From Octopus vulgaris (Eukaryota), in the NCBI GenBank assembly GCA_951406725.2, contig OX597814.1:167214001-167278000 (forward strand): a stretch of 64,000 nucleotides of DNA. The letters are read 5' to 3'. Under the pieces are notes generated by a model, which saw only the letters and a program-made list of their open reading frames with translations, was not told the origin of the DNA and searched no databases. The position numbers and the translations under genes were made by a program. Shown here in pieces: positions 1 through 12,375 of the stretch (position 1 is its first letter; every line of letters begins with the position of its first letter).

Positions 1-109
1 CTTAATGCACTTTCTTAACAGCAGACATGCTTCGTAGTTTGATTTCACACTCATCAACATGCTTAAATACCATCTGTTAGATATTTCCTTCTTCATATCG
101 AATAACCTT

Positions 110-908
110 CTTTGCATGCATGGGTGTGTGTATATGTGCATGTGTGTATGTATGAATGCTTCTATATGCACGTGTGTGTATCCATACATATATTTGTGTG
201 TTGATATGAGATGTGTGCTCTGTGTATATCTGTGTATATGTATGTGAATACGTGCATGTGTGTGTATGTGTGTGCATGTGTGTGTGTGTGCATTTGGTGT
301 GTGTTCAAATAGGCACATGTGTTTGTATCAGTGTTTACATGTGCATGTATGTGTGTGTATGTAGATGTATGTGCATGCATGTTTGTATGCATGTGTGCAT
401 GCACATCAACATGGATGATCTTGTATGCCTACATGTAATTGTTTGTGTATATGTATGCATGTGTGTTTTGTGTGAGAGCATGCATTGCTTGTATGCATGT
501 ATGCATGCACATGTGAGTGGATGATCCTTTGTACCTGTGTGTGATTGTGTTTGTGTATGTGTTTCTATGTGTGAGTACATGTACGTTTGTATGCATGTTT
601 ATATACACATGCATGTGAGTGATCTTGTATGCTTGCTTGTATGTTCCTCTGTGTGTGTGTGTTTGTGCATGCATATGCATGTGCTTTTATGTGTGCAATT
701 GTGTGTGTGCATGCATGTTTGTATGCATGTCTGCATGGATGATTTTGTGTTATTTGCATATGTATATGTATTTATAGGTATGCATGCATGCACATATGTG
801 TAAATGATCTTTTGCATCAATATGTGCTTGTTTGAGCGTGCATATGTTTGTGTGTCGGCATGTGTATGTATGCACAAATGCATAGGTATATGTATGAGTG
901 AGTGTGTA
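110..908. repeat. Degenerate (TG)/(TGCA)-rich satellite-like tract
   Basis: Alternating purine-pyrimidine sequence with a recurring TGCATGTTTGTATGCATG...GATGATCTT motif; source of the H/T/C/V/M-rich spurious ORFs. Confidence 0.85.
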
Positions 909-1509
909 CGTTAATTGATTTCCCTTTTCTTCTCTGTTAAAATAATTTCCCCATTACCATGTTTACTGATTTCAATTGAAATATTTCCGATCTATCATGA
1001 AAGAGGAAATCCTTCAAGAAGTTTAGAATGTCATCGGTCTCACTATACTGATAAATAAAACAATCTTGCATTCTGTTGTTGTTGATGTTGTTGCTGCTGT
1101 TTTCATCATCATCGTCTTCATAATCTTTGTTGTCATCATAATTTTTATTCTTGTTCTTGTTTATGTTGATGTTTTTCATACTGATAGAGGTTGTTGGGGG
1201 TTTATGTGATTAAAGTGTAAGTGTCTGTGGGCGGGATGATGATAGTGGAGTGATAGCAAGAGTCTGGAATAAGGAGCAGGGGGTGAGGCTGTAACAAGCA
1301 GACGGGGGTGCACTATATATAGTAGAGCAGCTTTATGAATGGAAATGAGATCCAGTCAATACTCTGAAATGCATGCTTCTTAACTATTCGTTATTAAAAA
1401 ATACTCCTCAAAAGGCAGAGGAGGAAACAGGATCTAATTTTTAATAGGTTTTAAAAAATTCAAATCAAACCAATTTGAAAGAAATTGAAGTAATTAATAC
1501 AGGACCATC

Positions 1510-1724
1510 TTAATACATTTTGATACCAACCCACCTCAGACTGTCCCTGGCTCCATGATGAAAATTCAGTATCTTTAGGTGAACTTAATTAAAAGGTTTC
1601 ATAAATGTCATAATTATGTTCCAAACACCAGGGTAATAATGGTAGTGTTACTTTACTAAATTCTTCATTATTTTTAAAACTAAACAAACATTTTTCAACA
1701 GAAATAGGTTAACAAAAGGGTAAA
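1510..1724. mobile_element. Degenerate piggyBac-type MITE
   Basis: Ends resemble the TTAA-CCCTTT(C/T)GTTACC...GTAAC(A/G)AAAGGG-TTAA element at 61571-62394. Confidence 0.5.
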
Positions 1725-2443
1725 GTGTTAGATCTGTATTTTAATGTATTTTTATCTTCAATTTAGATCATGATCTAAATATTTTATTGATTTAGGTTTT
1801 TTTTCCCACAAGACAAATTTTGTATTAAAAATAGTCAAAGTCTAAAGTTCTGTTAAATCAAATATGATGGGTTGTATAGAATATCGGGGAACATAAGATA
1901 AAATGTATTTTTTTATAAGTGCCATACATATGGTATGGAACAGAGAATGATGTACAGAATGGATTTAATAGTTATCAAGTTAACAGGTAAATAGTTAGAA
2001 CAGTTCATATCCTGCAACTAGCAGTTTGTTATTGTCATCATCATCATCATCACCATCATCAGTACTACCCCACCACCGCCGAGGTAATTATCACCCTAAC
2101 TTCCACCTCCACTGCTAACACCACCATATCACTGTTGTCATTGTCACCCCCATCATCCTCATCATTGTTGTAATGCCATCATCATCATCATCGTTGTGGC
2201 TGTTGTTGTTGTCATTATCATCATCATTTTTTTTTTCAATGCTGGCATGCTTTGGAAGTGTCTTACAATATCTTGCCAGTCCTTACAAATACTTTCTCTG
2301 TGGCACAAATATCAACAAAGAAAACCACCTACCACAGTCTACATTACAACATATACTGGGTGCATTTTAGCATGCCACCAGCACTAGAGAAACTGTCTAT
2401 AACAGGATAAAAAACCTATTGGTTCTTATTCAGAATTACAATG

Positions 2444-2767
2444 GGTAAAATTTTCGTGTAACACCTGCACAATTTTCACTAAGAAAAAAAAACTCGGATT
2501 TTTTGCATGGAATCAAGTACCCTGACCTCGTAATATGCTGCAAATCCCATATTTTGGTCCGAAAGGGCCCCCCCCCCCCGGAATTTTCTCTAAGAAAATA
2601 AAACAGATTTTTTGCGTGGAATGAAGTACTCTTGGTCCGGACCAATTCGAACCAAAATATGGGATTTGCAGCATATTACGAGGTCAGGGTACTTGATTCC
2701 ATGCAAAAAGATCCAAGTTTTTTTTTTCTTAGTGAAAATCGTGCAGGTGTTACACGAAAATTTTACC
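2444..2767. mobile_element. Long-TIR MITE, possibly Merlin-like
   Basis: ~120-bp near-perfect inverted arms starting GGTAAAATTTTCGTGTAACACCTGCAC; flanks TTACAATG / TTACTATC (6/8 match, possible 8-bp TSD). Superfamily inferred from GG termini only. Confidence 0.8.
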
Positions 2768-3131
2768 TTACTATCTTCCCAGATTGGTATTCTGTGATGC
2801 TGCTGGCAGAGTCCACATCTCCTTTATATATTCTATTTTTTGGCAAGGTTTCTATAGCTGGATGCTCTTCCTATCATTGATGTAAGTGTGCACATTTATG
2901 TGTATATGTATGTGTATATACATTTTAGCTTGTGTACATGTGTGCATATCTCATTTTCTTGGATATACACACATATTTACTCAGATATAAAGCATACACA
3001 CATACATGGATACAGTTGCTTCCTCTTTATTGCACACACATACAACCACTCTGTAACATGGATATTTTATTGTATCACTAGCACCAGCTCTGCACTAAAG
3101 ACACTTAATTCTCAATAGCTGAGTCCATCTT

Positions 3132-3405
3132 GCTGTAAACCACTTTATGATGATTAGAGATCGCTGTATTAAGCAGTAAAAACACTACAAAAGTGTCAAT
3201 CACTTCATTTTATTGCATAGCCAAATTCAACTTCAGTGGTTCAAATTTAGAAAAAAATTGATTTTTTCTCATTTTACAATATGAAAGTGGAATACTCAAT
3301 GATACCTAAAAGGCTTGTGTACTGTTGTTCTTATCACCACCCCATCACCAATATCTTATTATTGATATATGATGATCAGATGTCACACATAGCATTTTCA
3401 GTCAT
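3132..3405 (+). repeat. Left arm of a diverged long inverted repeat (partner ~6736-7017)
   Basis: Collinear with the reverse complement of 6736-7017, e.g. GCTGTAAACCACT, CTTCATTTTATTGCA.AGCCAAATTCAACTTC, CCCATCACCAATAT.TTATTATTGATATAT. Confidence 0.85.
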
Positions 3406-3499
3406 ACTACCACCACTTCCACTGCCACCACCACCAGCTAAAACAACTGCTTTATTGGGGACAGTGAAGACTTTAGGATTGGTACTTGAGTGGTAAATT

Positions 3500-4159
3500 T
3501 AGTGGAAAATGATGCTGTGAGATCTTTGACAACAGGTTGCTGTTCACTCTTACAGAATTAACTGGGACAAGTAGAATCAAGAGTTCTGAGAAGTAAAATG
3601 CAAATAACAACAACAACAACAACATGAAAAGTGAGGGCTAAAGAGAGGCAAGACATTGTATGAACACAAACTGCAGAGTGATGGAGTCGGAGACTAGCAA
3701 AATTCTCTGGGATTTCCCAATCCAAACAGATCATGTGCTAGAGCATAACAGACTGAACCTAGTGGTGGTGGACAAGGTGCACCACATATGCTATGTAGCT
3801 GACATTGCATGCCCTTTTGACCCATGAATAATCAAGAAGGAAGGCGAAAGGATTGATAGATTAAGCCCTTTTAGGTATGAAATAGCCTGGCTATGGAAAA
3901 TGAAGGTGAAGATAGTGCCAGGGTTATTGTTGGGTCTTTGGGAACAGTATCAGAAGGCATTAAGAGGAATATGAAGGAAATCGTAATCAAGTGCCCAGCA
4001 GATCTGTTACAAAAGGTTTGCCTCCTTGGCAGAGCCAGAATAATCAGGAAGGTATTAGATAGCTGAAAAGAACAGATAGCATGGTACCATAGGTGGCAGG
4101 TAGTAAGCCCACTATGCATGCAAGACTCCAGGATCTCCAACAAAACTTGTGACAAAGAG

Positions 4160-4160
<1 letters not shown>
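3500..4160 (+). mobile_element. R4/Dong-like non-LTR retrotransposon 3' fragment (restriction-like endonuclease)
   Basis: KILWDFPIQTDHVLEHNRLNLVVVDK...CYVADIACPFD, then DLLQKVCLLGRARIIRKVLDS*, followed by a (TAA)n tail. Confidence 0.8.
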
Positions 4161-4388
<228 letters not shown>

Positions 4389-4389
4389 A

Positions 4390-5665
4390 AATACTGAAAC
4401 ACTGATCTCAGATGACAACATAAAAATTGTCGAAGACATAAAAATCATCATGAAAACAGCAAAACAAAACATACTAAAGAAGAAATGGAGAAAAAAATCA
4501 CTCCATGGTCAATACCCTGCAAAGCTTGACAGAGAAGATGTAAGCCTAACCAAAAGCCAACAATGGCTCAAAAGCTCTGGACTAAAAACTGAAACAGAAG
4601 GACTGATTCTTGCTGCACAAGACCAATGCCTAACCACAAACAAGTATGAAAGCAAAATAATGAAAATAGACCCTAACACTAAATGAAGAATGAGCAACCT
4701 GCACAATGAGACAGTTGACCACATCATCTCTGGCTGTCCACTCCTTGCCAAATCTGAATATATATATACAGACATAACTGAGTAAGTAGTTATATCCACT
4801 GGACAATATACCAACACTACAACATAAAAACTAACAAAAAAAATGGTACAAACATGTACCAAACAAGGTATATGGCAATGATCAGGCCACATTTATCTGG
4901 AACATGCCTGTTCAAACTGACAAAAAAATAAAAGCCAATCACCCAAACATAATAATCAAAGATTGGAAAAAAAAAAAAGAAAAAAAATACCTTCTTACTG
5001 ATTGATATTGCAGTCCCTTCTGGCCAAAATATTACCCCAAAAGAAGTAGAGGAATTGTCAAAGTATAAAGACCTCTAAATTGAAGTATTCAAAATGTGGG
5101 GAATGAAAGTGAAAACAATACCAGTAATAATTGGAGCATTGGGTATTTTACTCTTTTACTCTTTTACTTGTTTCAGTCATTTGATTGCAGCTATGCTGGA
5201 GCACCGCCTTTAGTCGAGCAACTCGACCCCCAGGACTTATTCTTTGTAAGCCTAACACTTATTCTATCGGTCACTTATTGTCAAACTGCTAAGTTACGGG
5301 GACGTAAACACACCAGCATCGGTTGTCAAGCAATGTTGGGGGGACAAACACAGACACACAAACATATACACACACATACACATATATATACATATATACA
5401 GCAGGCTTCTTTCAGTTTCCGTCTACCAAATCTACCCACAAGGCTTTGGTCAAGCCGAGGCTATAGCAGAAGACATTTGCCCATGGTGCCACGCAGTGGG
5501 ACTGAACACAGAACTATGTGGTTGGTAAGCATATGATAAAAAAAAAAAGTATGAACAAAAACACAGAAGTTCTACCTAGACCTTCAACACAACACACTTT
5601 CTAAAAAATAGCCCTACTAGGAACAGGCCACATCCTACAGAAGACATTATCAGTTCAATAGTATA
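4390..5665 (+). mobile_element. Second R4/Dong-like 3' fragment (CCHC knuckle + RLE), interrupted by a SINE at ~5147-5531
   Basis: LHGQY...WLKSSGLKTETEGLILAAQDQCL...ETVDHIISGCPLLAKSEY..RHN; later IPVIIGALG and KIALLGTGHILQKTLS. Confidence 0.85.
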
Positions 5666-6104
5666 ATCCAAATAAAACAATTCACAAACACAAGAAACAC
5701 TGTATACAGTAAATATCCAATAAAATATACAACCCCCACAACATATACTCTACAGGCTGGATAGCCAACAAAAGATCACAGCTTACATTACACATACAAC
5801 ACATGATACGAATACTAATACAACAAAAGACAGCAGCCAAACCCTATAACAAAACAAACTGATGCAATACAATACCAGAATGAGTATTGCATTCCCCACA
5901 ACAACAAAAAAGAACACAATGCTGTACACACCACCTCAGCAACACAGAGGTGTAGCAGGTGATGCAGTAGAAATCTACCTGAAACTATCAAATGTTGAAT
6001 AATAATAATGATGATGATGATGATGATGATGACTACACAGATGCCGCCACCAATGACAATAATAATAATAATGATAATGATTATAATAATAATAACCCTA
6101 ATAT

Positions 6105-6337
6105 ATTTTTTTATTGCCCACAAGGGGCTAAACATAGAGGGGACAAACAAAGACAGACAAAGGGATTAAGTCGATTACATTGATCCCCTGTGCAAAACTG
6201 GTACTTTATTTGTCAACCCCAAAAGGATGAAAGGCAAAGTCAACCTCGGCGGAATTTGAACTCAGAACGTAACAACAGATGAAATACCACTAAGCATTTC
6301 GCCCGGTGCGCTAATGTGTCTGCCAGCTCACCGCCTC
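6105..6337 (-). mobile_element. tRNA-derived SINE, family A; other copies ~9640-9815, 21930-22090, 35952-36410 (x2), 37385-37870 (x2), 38255-38465, 43680-44122 (x2), 49200-49431, 54565-55250 (x3)
   Basis: Head AGGCGGTGAGCTGGCAGA...GTTCTGAGTTCAAATTCC (B-box-like) and core TAAGTACCAGT...GGGGTCGATGTAATCGACT, repeated many times in the window. Confidence 0.85.
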
Positions 6338-6348
6338 GATAATAGCCC

Positions 6349-6403
<55 letters not shown>

Positions 6404-6420
6404 TAATAATAATAATAATA

Positions 6421-6735
6421 AGGGAACCGAAAATTATATGAGAATGATCCCTGGCTTACCATCCCTGCAAGAAGTGCAAAAGATTGTCTTAACTGGTACA
6501 TCACACGTATTGAGAAGAGCATTGTCGCTGTGAGAACTATTACTACCCATGTATTTTAATTTAACTTAAAAAAAAAATTTTTTTAATAAAAAATGAACGG
6601 ACTATTGAGTTTAGTTTAATGGCCTACCAATGTATACTATGAGTTTCTTTGCCCTAGGAGTCGGAAAGACACTCGGCAAGAAATGGAAACAAATTTGAAA
6701 GAAGAAGAAAAAAAAAATGATAATAATAATAATAC
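6421..6735 (+). mobile_element. Third, very short R4/Dong-like 3' end between TAA tracts
   Basis: MIPGLPSLQEVQKIVLTGTSHVLRRALSL*, short 3' UTR, (TAA)n on both sides. Confidence 0.7.
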
Positions 6736-7017
6736 TATAGCTGGAAAAAAAAATGCTGTGTATGACATCTGGTGGTTATATATCAATAATAACATATTGG
6801 TGATGGGAATAGTGATAAGAGCAATGGTAGTAGGGTTTTTCAAGTAGCACAGAATAATCTACATTCATATAGTAAATCAAGAAGAAAAGCCATCTTCTTC
6901 TAAGCTTAACTCACAGAAGTTGAATTTGGCTTTGCAATAAAATGAAGCATTTGATGCTTTTGCAATGCTCCTATTGCTTAACACAGCAAGCGGTATCATC
7001 ATATAGTGGTTTACAGC
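6736..7017 (-). repeat. Right arm of a diverged long inverted repeat (partner ~3132-3405)
   Basis: See left arm; track ORFs 3281+ (PITNILLLIYDDQMSHIAF) and 6637- (PITNMLLLIYNHQMSYTAF) show the same similarity. Confidence 0.85.
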
Positions 7018-7101
7018 TATACATTTAATGTTTTTACATTAACATTATAATGTTATCAAGTTTCAGTATTTAGAATAAAATAATGGGGTAGGGCACAAGT
7101 A

Positions 7102-7495
7102 ATTTACAGGATACATTATTTACATTATTTACAATTGACGGATATTTGTTCTCATCTTGTTTGTTGTTAACACAGTGTTTCAGCTGATATATTCTCCAGC
7201 CTTCATCAGGTGTCTTGGGGAAATTTCAAACTTGGATTCTCATTCCTAAGGTATTTTTCGATGTTGTTGTTGTTGCTGTTGTTGTTGTTGTTGTTGTTAT
7301 TATTATTCAGGTCACTGCATGAAATCAAACTCAGAATCTTGAGGTTAGTAGCCCATGCTCTTAACCACTATGCCATATGCCCAAAACATTGTGTTAACAA
7401 CAAACAAGATGAGGACAAATATCCATCAATTGTAAATAATGTAAATAATGTACATAATTCCTCATCTCTTAAATATAGAACTGGATTTACAGGAT
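7102..7495. mobile_element. Short fold-back insertion (probable PLE-derived non-autonomous element) with 11-bp flanking direct repeat
   Basis: Inverted arms ~7113-7180 and ~7384-7451; ATTTACAGGAT at 7102-7112 and 7485-7495; contains the hammerhead motif. Confidence 0.65.
7169..7214 (-). ncRNA. Degenerate minimal hammerhead ribozyme
   Basis: Minus strand GACAC-CTGATGA-AGGCTG...CAGCT-GAAAC-ACT-GTGTT: stems I and II and the core are present, but the stem III/cleavage site differs from the inferred GAAACGTT. Confidence 0.55.
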
Positions 7496-7754
7496 GTTCA
7501 TAATAATTTATGAAAATGTCTGAAATTTCAGATCCCCCCAATTAATGCAATCATAAAAATAACTAATTAATACAAAACAGAAAATTAAAAATAGTTTAAA
7601 CATTTATACTAAATCAAATAAGTTTTGTAAAAAGAAATATTTTCAAAGAAGAAATATATTTTCTCAAACTTTTTGGGAAAATATATATTTTTAAATAAGA
7701 TAAGAAATTTGTTTTCAGCTCATTAGAAGATTTATTTCAAGGAAAAAGATTTAC

Positions 7755-7864
7755 CTTACTGAGCCTTGCAATATTTCTGTAAAGGGACAATGGAAGAGTG
7801 AAAAGAAGAATGGATAAGGCTATGACAAACTGACGATTTCCAAGGACCATGTATGTGACACCTT
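7755..7864 (-). CDS. SLC38A11: SLC38A11-like transporter exon (110 nt); gene continues toward or beyond the left window edge
   Basis: cttatgcag|AA GGT GTC...CTC AGT AAG|gtaaat = (E)GVTYMVLGNRQFVIALSILLFTLPLSLYRNIARLSK; TLPLSLYRNIARL is characteristic of SLC38A11; phase 1-0. Confidence 0.92.
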
Positions 7865-9882
7865 CTGCATAAGGAAATATTGAAACAATTTGTTAGAAAC
7901 ATTGATTTGAAGATATATGTGTGAGATAAAGGAAAAACAAAGAGACTTCATGGGAATGAGCTCAAAGTTAGTGTCATAAGCATATAAACCAATATAACAG
8001 GTGATACAAGTAGAAAAATATATAAAAATGTGTTACATGGAAAGAAAAGAAAAGAAGAAAGAGTGGAAGATGAGGAGGAGAGAAAGAGCAAGAAAGAGAG
8101 GAGAGATAATAGTACAAGAGGAATATTTTCAGTTAGTAAATCAAAACGATTTTTAAAATTAGACTGTGAAGAAGATCTATGGTTAAAGGCATCCCAGCTA
8201 TAACCCTCTAGTCTTGTTTATTGGTATTGTGTATCTAGGACTACACTATGCAATGGATCCTTCCTTTCTGTAAGATAGTAGAGACGTGACTTAAAAGGAA
8301 ATATGATTCTTAATTTTTTTGTTTCAGATGCAATATATCAAGAACTGCAATAATTAACGTATAATTCATTTTTAAGAATCAAGGGTGTGGTTTAAGAGGA
8401 ATTTAACAACTATTTCTAGCAGGTCATGAGACTTTGCAGAGACTTCTTTATTTTGTTGGATTAGTTTTGACTTACACCATGATACTATATTATGTCTTAT
8501 TCCATTTCACTCTGACAGCTTGTACCTATATAAGAAATCAATATTCTCTTAAATATTCTTTTTATTTATATCAATCTTGAAATGTGACTCAAATATGCGT
8601 GACAATGAGAATAGTAAAGGCAATACAGTAAAATTTAAATAGTGTTTAACACTTGAAGTCTAGAAAAAAATACATATAAATATATACAGAGATTGATAAA
8701 ACAAAACAATAAAAAAAGTCCAAGAGTATATTTTACATTGGTAAAAATAGGGAAAATTAGTTGTAATGAGATGTGAATGAAATATAATACTACCTAGAAA
8801 TGGGCTTTAGTTGTTGCTATATAGATGCTTGGTTTCTAAAATAAATCAATGTTGTTTAGAACTTTGCTGTTTCTATTTAAAATTGTTTTATTAAGGAATA
8901 TATTCCTGCAATATCATTACCTCATTATTTTATATGCATTTATTTCTTTTTCCAGAAATAAAAATGAAGCTGACATAATGAATATTCTACATTTCAACAA
9001 CTAAGCAATTTCAAATATATCACTGTTGAACACTTCCAGTATTACTACTTTAAGTGGTAAGAATATTGGATCTGACTGAGAATAATACTATAAAGGGTAC
9101 ACATTTTGAAGAATCATGAATTTCTCACTGTTCTTTAAAATAATTATTTTCTGAGTTGCAAAAAGTTTTAGGGTGCTAAACTTTATATGATGTGTAAGTC
9201 ACATAATGCTATGCCATTACTGAGATGTGAACTCACAAACAAGACCTCAATGATTTGTTTATTCGTCATTATATCTTATATGTTTCAAAAAAGGAGAGAA
9301 AATATGTTGCCAGAAAATTGTTGGAAGCTGCTGAGAAAGCAAGCCATTACATCTAACTCAAGAGAGAGGATGAGTGATGCAGTAAGAACAAGCAATAAAG
9401 ATAGTAAAAACTTTTGGCCCAGAGTTGCTACACCCAACTCAAAAAAGCTTGTGCTGTTATGTAGAAGTTTTGTTGCCTATACTGGAGGTAGGCCACTAAC
9501 AGCTCAAGTATCACCTACAGAGTTGCTTTGTCACTTAATGAGATATTGACTCCTGTATTTGAAGACTAAGTAGAGTACACAGGTGTTTACCCTAATATTT
9601 TGTTTGAGGAATATATTTTCATTTTCTTATACATATTGATTTTGAATTTTGGCATTAAGCCAGTAATTTTGAGGGATGGTGTAAGTCGATTACATTGACC
9701 CCAGTGTCCAACTGGTACTTATTTTATCGACCCTGAAAGAATAAAAGGCAAAGATGGTCCTAGCAGAACTTGAACTCAGAATGTAATGCTAATGATTCTG
9801 CCAGTTTGCTGTCTTGCCTTGCTTATACATATTAATCATTAGATTGGTAAGAGTTTGTTATTTTCTGATTGAAGAAACTTAC

Positions 9883-9951
9883 CTGCACCAGTGAGTTCAG
9901 CAATTACTTTTGATATACCATCTGCTACAATAACATTGTAGCTTACCATTG
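9883..9951 (-). CDS. SLC38A11: SLC38A11-like transporter exon (69 nt)
   Basis: ttttaacag|CA ATG GTA AGC TAC...GGT GCA G|gtaag = (S)MVSYNVIVADGISKVIAELTGA(E); phase 1-1. Confidence 0.92.
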
Positions 9952-11473
9952 CTGTTAAAATATTAAATTAAAAAAATACAAAATTTTAATAATTGTTAAG
10001 TAGAGTAGGGAATGAAGTCTTATAAAACTTATAAACAACCAATCAAACTAACTACCTACTGCATTCATTTTCTCAGTCTCTGCAACCTAATAAGGCATCT
10101 GGTCCTGATTTTTACCATTTAATTTTAATGAATGTATGACATGATATCAAATATTTCTTTCCTCACAGGTATAATTGATTTCTTTATAGTTGTAAACAAG
10201 TTTCAGTACATGCAAATATATTGATGAATGCAATCATTATTTTTCTTATTAATCACAACAACATTTAATTTTATGTTAATGAAACTATGAAGAAATGTAC
10301 AATTAGTGGCTGAAATTGTTTTTGTTTTTTCTAATTTTCTTTAATTTAAAAAAATGCAGCTGTAAAATCGAAAAGTTCTGAACCAAATTAAAATATTTAA
10401 TACTATTTCTAATAGCCAAAATAAATTGTTAATTATATACAAGTTAATTTCTTATGGAGTAATTTTCATTAGGATTGCTTTTAATCATTAAAGATATCTG
10501 TTCTCAATGATTCTTCCATCACAGTTATTTTATTGATAAACATCATTTTAATGTTAATCACCTTGTAATGAACAAACAGTAGATATTGCATAGTGGCTTT
10601 TATGTTGTTGTTAAATCCAGGTCAGGCCTGATTAAAGAGACTTACAATCAATGCAATTCTGGCCATGACTATCTTGTCCTTTGTGTATTATTTATGACTA
10701 TATTACCCTTGTTATTTACTTTTTAAAATTGTAGTGTGCATTTGATGATGATTTGGCTATTATATCTTGCAAAGTGAACAACTGTATAGAGGTCCTCCTT
10801 TTAGCTTTTGATGACTTGTTGGCTAATTGGCTTGTTGGTACCTTTTATCTTTTATAATGGAATAAGAAGGTAAATTTACAGATTTACAGAATAGATAGAG
10901 CAATGAGTTTTAAATATTTTATAATATTTCATTACAATATTGTTAAATTTAAATCACGTTGATTTCAATTTTGCTTTCCATTCCTCTGAAGTGGATGAAA
11001 TAATTACCCATTTTATACTGGGAGTTGATTCGGTCAGTCCACTCCAGCCCTACAAGTTTGTGAACCAAAGTTCTAAATCATTACATGAATGCTTGTACCT
11101 TTGTTATTTATGTGATAGCAGTTGATTTTCTGATCAGATCAAGGAAAATATGTTTCTATGAGTTTTCATGTTGTTGATACTATCAGTCAGTCACTAAACC
11201 TGGCAGAGAAATCATTGTTTCTCAGGCATGGTTTGTGGTAAGACGTTTGGTTCCTAACCATATGGTTCTGGGTTCAGTCCCACTGCATAGCACCTTAGGC
11301 AAGTGTTTTCTACTATAGCCCTGAGCTGACCGAAGCCTTGAAAGTGGATTTGATAGATGGAAGGTGAAAGAAGCCTGTCATATATATAAATATATACACA
11401 CACACATACATGCATAAACACTGGCAGTGCTCCAGCATGGCCACAGACTTAGGGCTGAAATGTAAAAAAAATA

Positions 11474-11504
<31 letters not shown>

Positions 11505-12375
11505 AGAAAACATATGTCCAAGGCGTCTTGCAATGGGACTGAACTCAAAACCATGTAGTTGCAAGGAAGGCAAGCATCTTAACCACATAGCCATGATTGC
11601 ACTTGGTTCTATATTTTCATTGACCACCAAAACAGTGAAAAGTAAAGTTGATCATGGCAGTATTTGAATTTGAAGTGCAAAACTTTGAGAGAGGTTTAGC
11701 TATTTCTAGCAGTTTCAGTGACCATGCAGTAGCTCCTTTTCATGACTCAGATATGAAAATAAAAATGTTGTAGCTGATGTAATACTAACATTAGCTATAT
11801 GTTTCAAAAGGCAGTCTAGTAATGGCCATACTATCTTTTTCAGTATTTTAGGGAATACATCCCATTTGTATTCTTCCTTTTGTTTTAAAGACAAAATGAT
11901 GTGATTTAAGAGATTTAATTTCTGTTTCTAGCAGATTGAATGACCATGTAGAGGCTCACTAGTTAGAAAAGACCCATATGTTGTTATATGAGCTGATGTG
12001 ATGCTAACATTTGCTGTTTCACACTCAGTAATTATTTTGACCTTTCTTCAATGTGGAGTTTAATTGGTAGAAAAGACTTTTATTCTTGCTTCAACAGTCA
12101 GAACAAGACTAGGAAACAGGAAAACATTTGATAAAAAATACAAAAAAAAAAAATAACAATAATGGCCATGACATTTTTTAATCAAAATTATGTTTTAATT
12201 CTATTGTACCTGTATACACACACACACATACACACACACACATGCACAATATATACATACCCTTCATACATATTCACTCACATATGTATGTATGTATTAT
12301 GTATGTATGTATGTATGTATGTATGTATGTATGTATGTATGTATGTATGTATGTATGTATATATATGTATATATA

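Noticed and set aside
59-883. Stack of overlapping ORFs rich in C/V/M/H/T
   Set aside because: Translations of TG/CA-rich repeats that lack stops by composition. The same applies to ORFs near 17.9k, 39k, 45k, 50.5k and 57.2k.
9187-9549. 120-aa plus-strand ORF in an intron
   Set aside because: No recognisable domain or splice support; probably chance or decayed transposon sequence.
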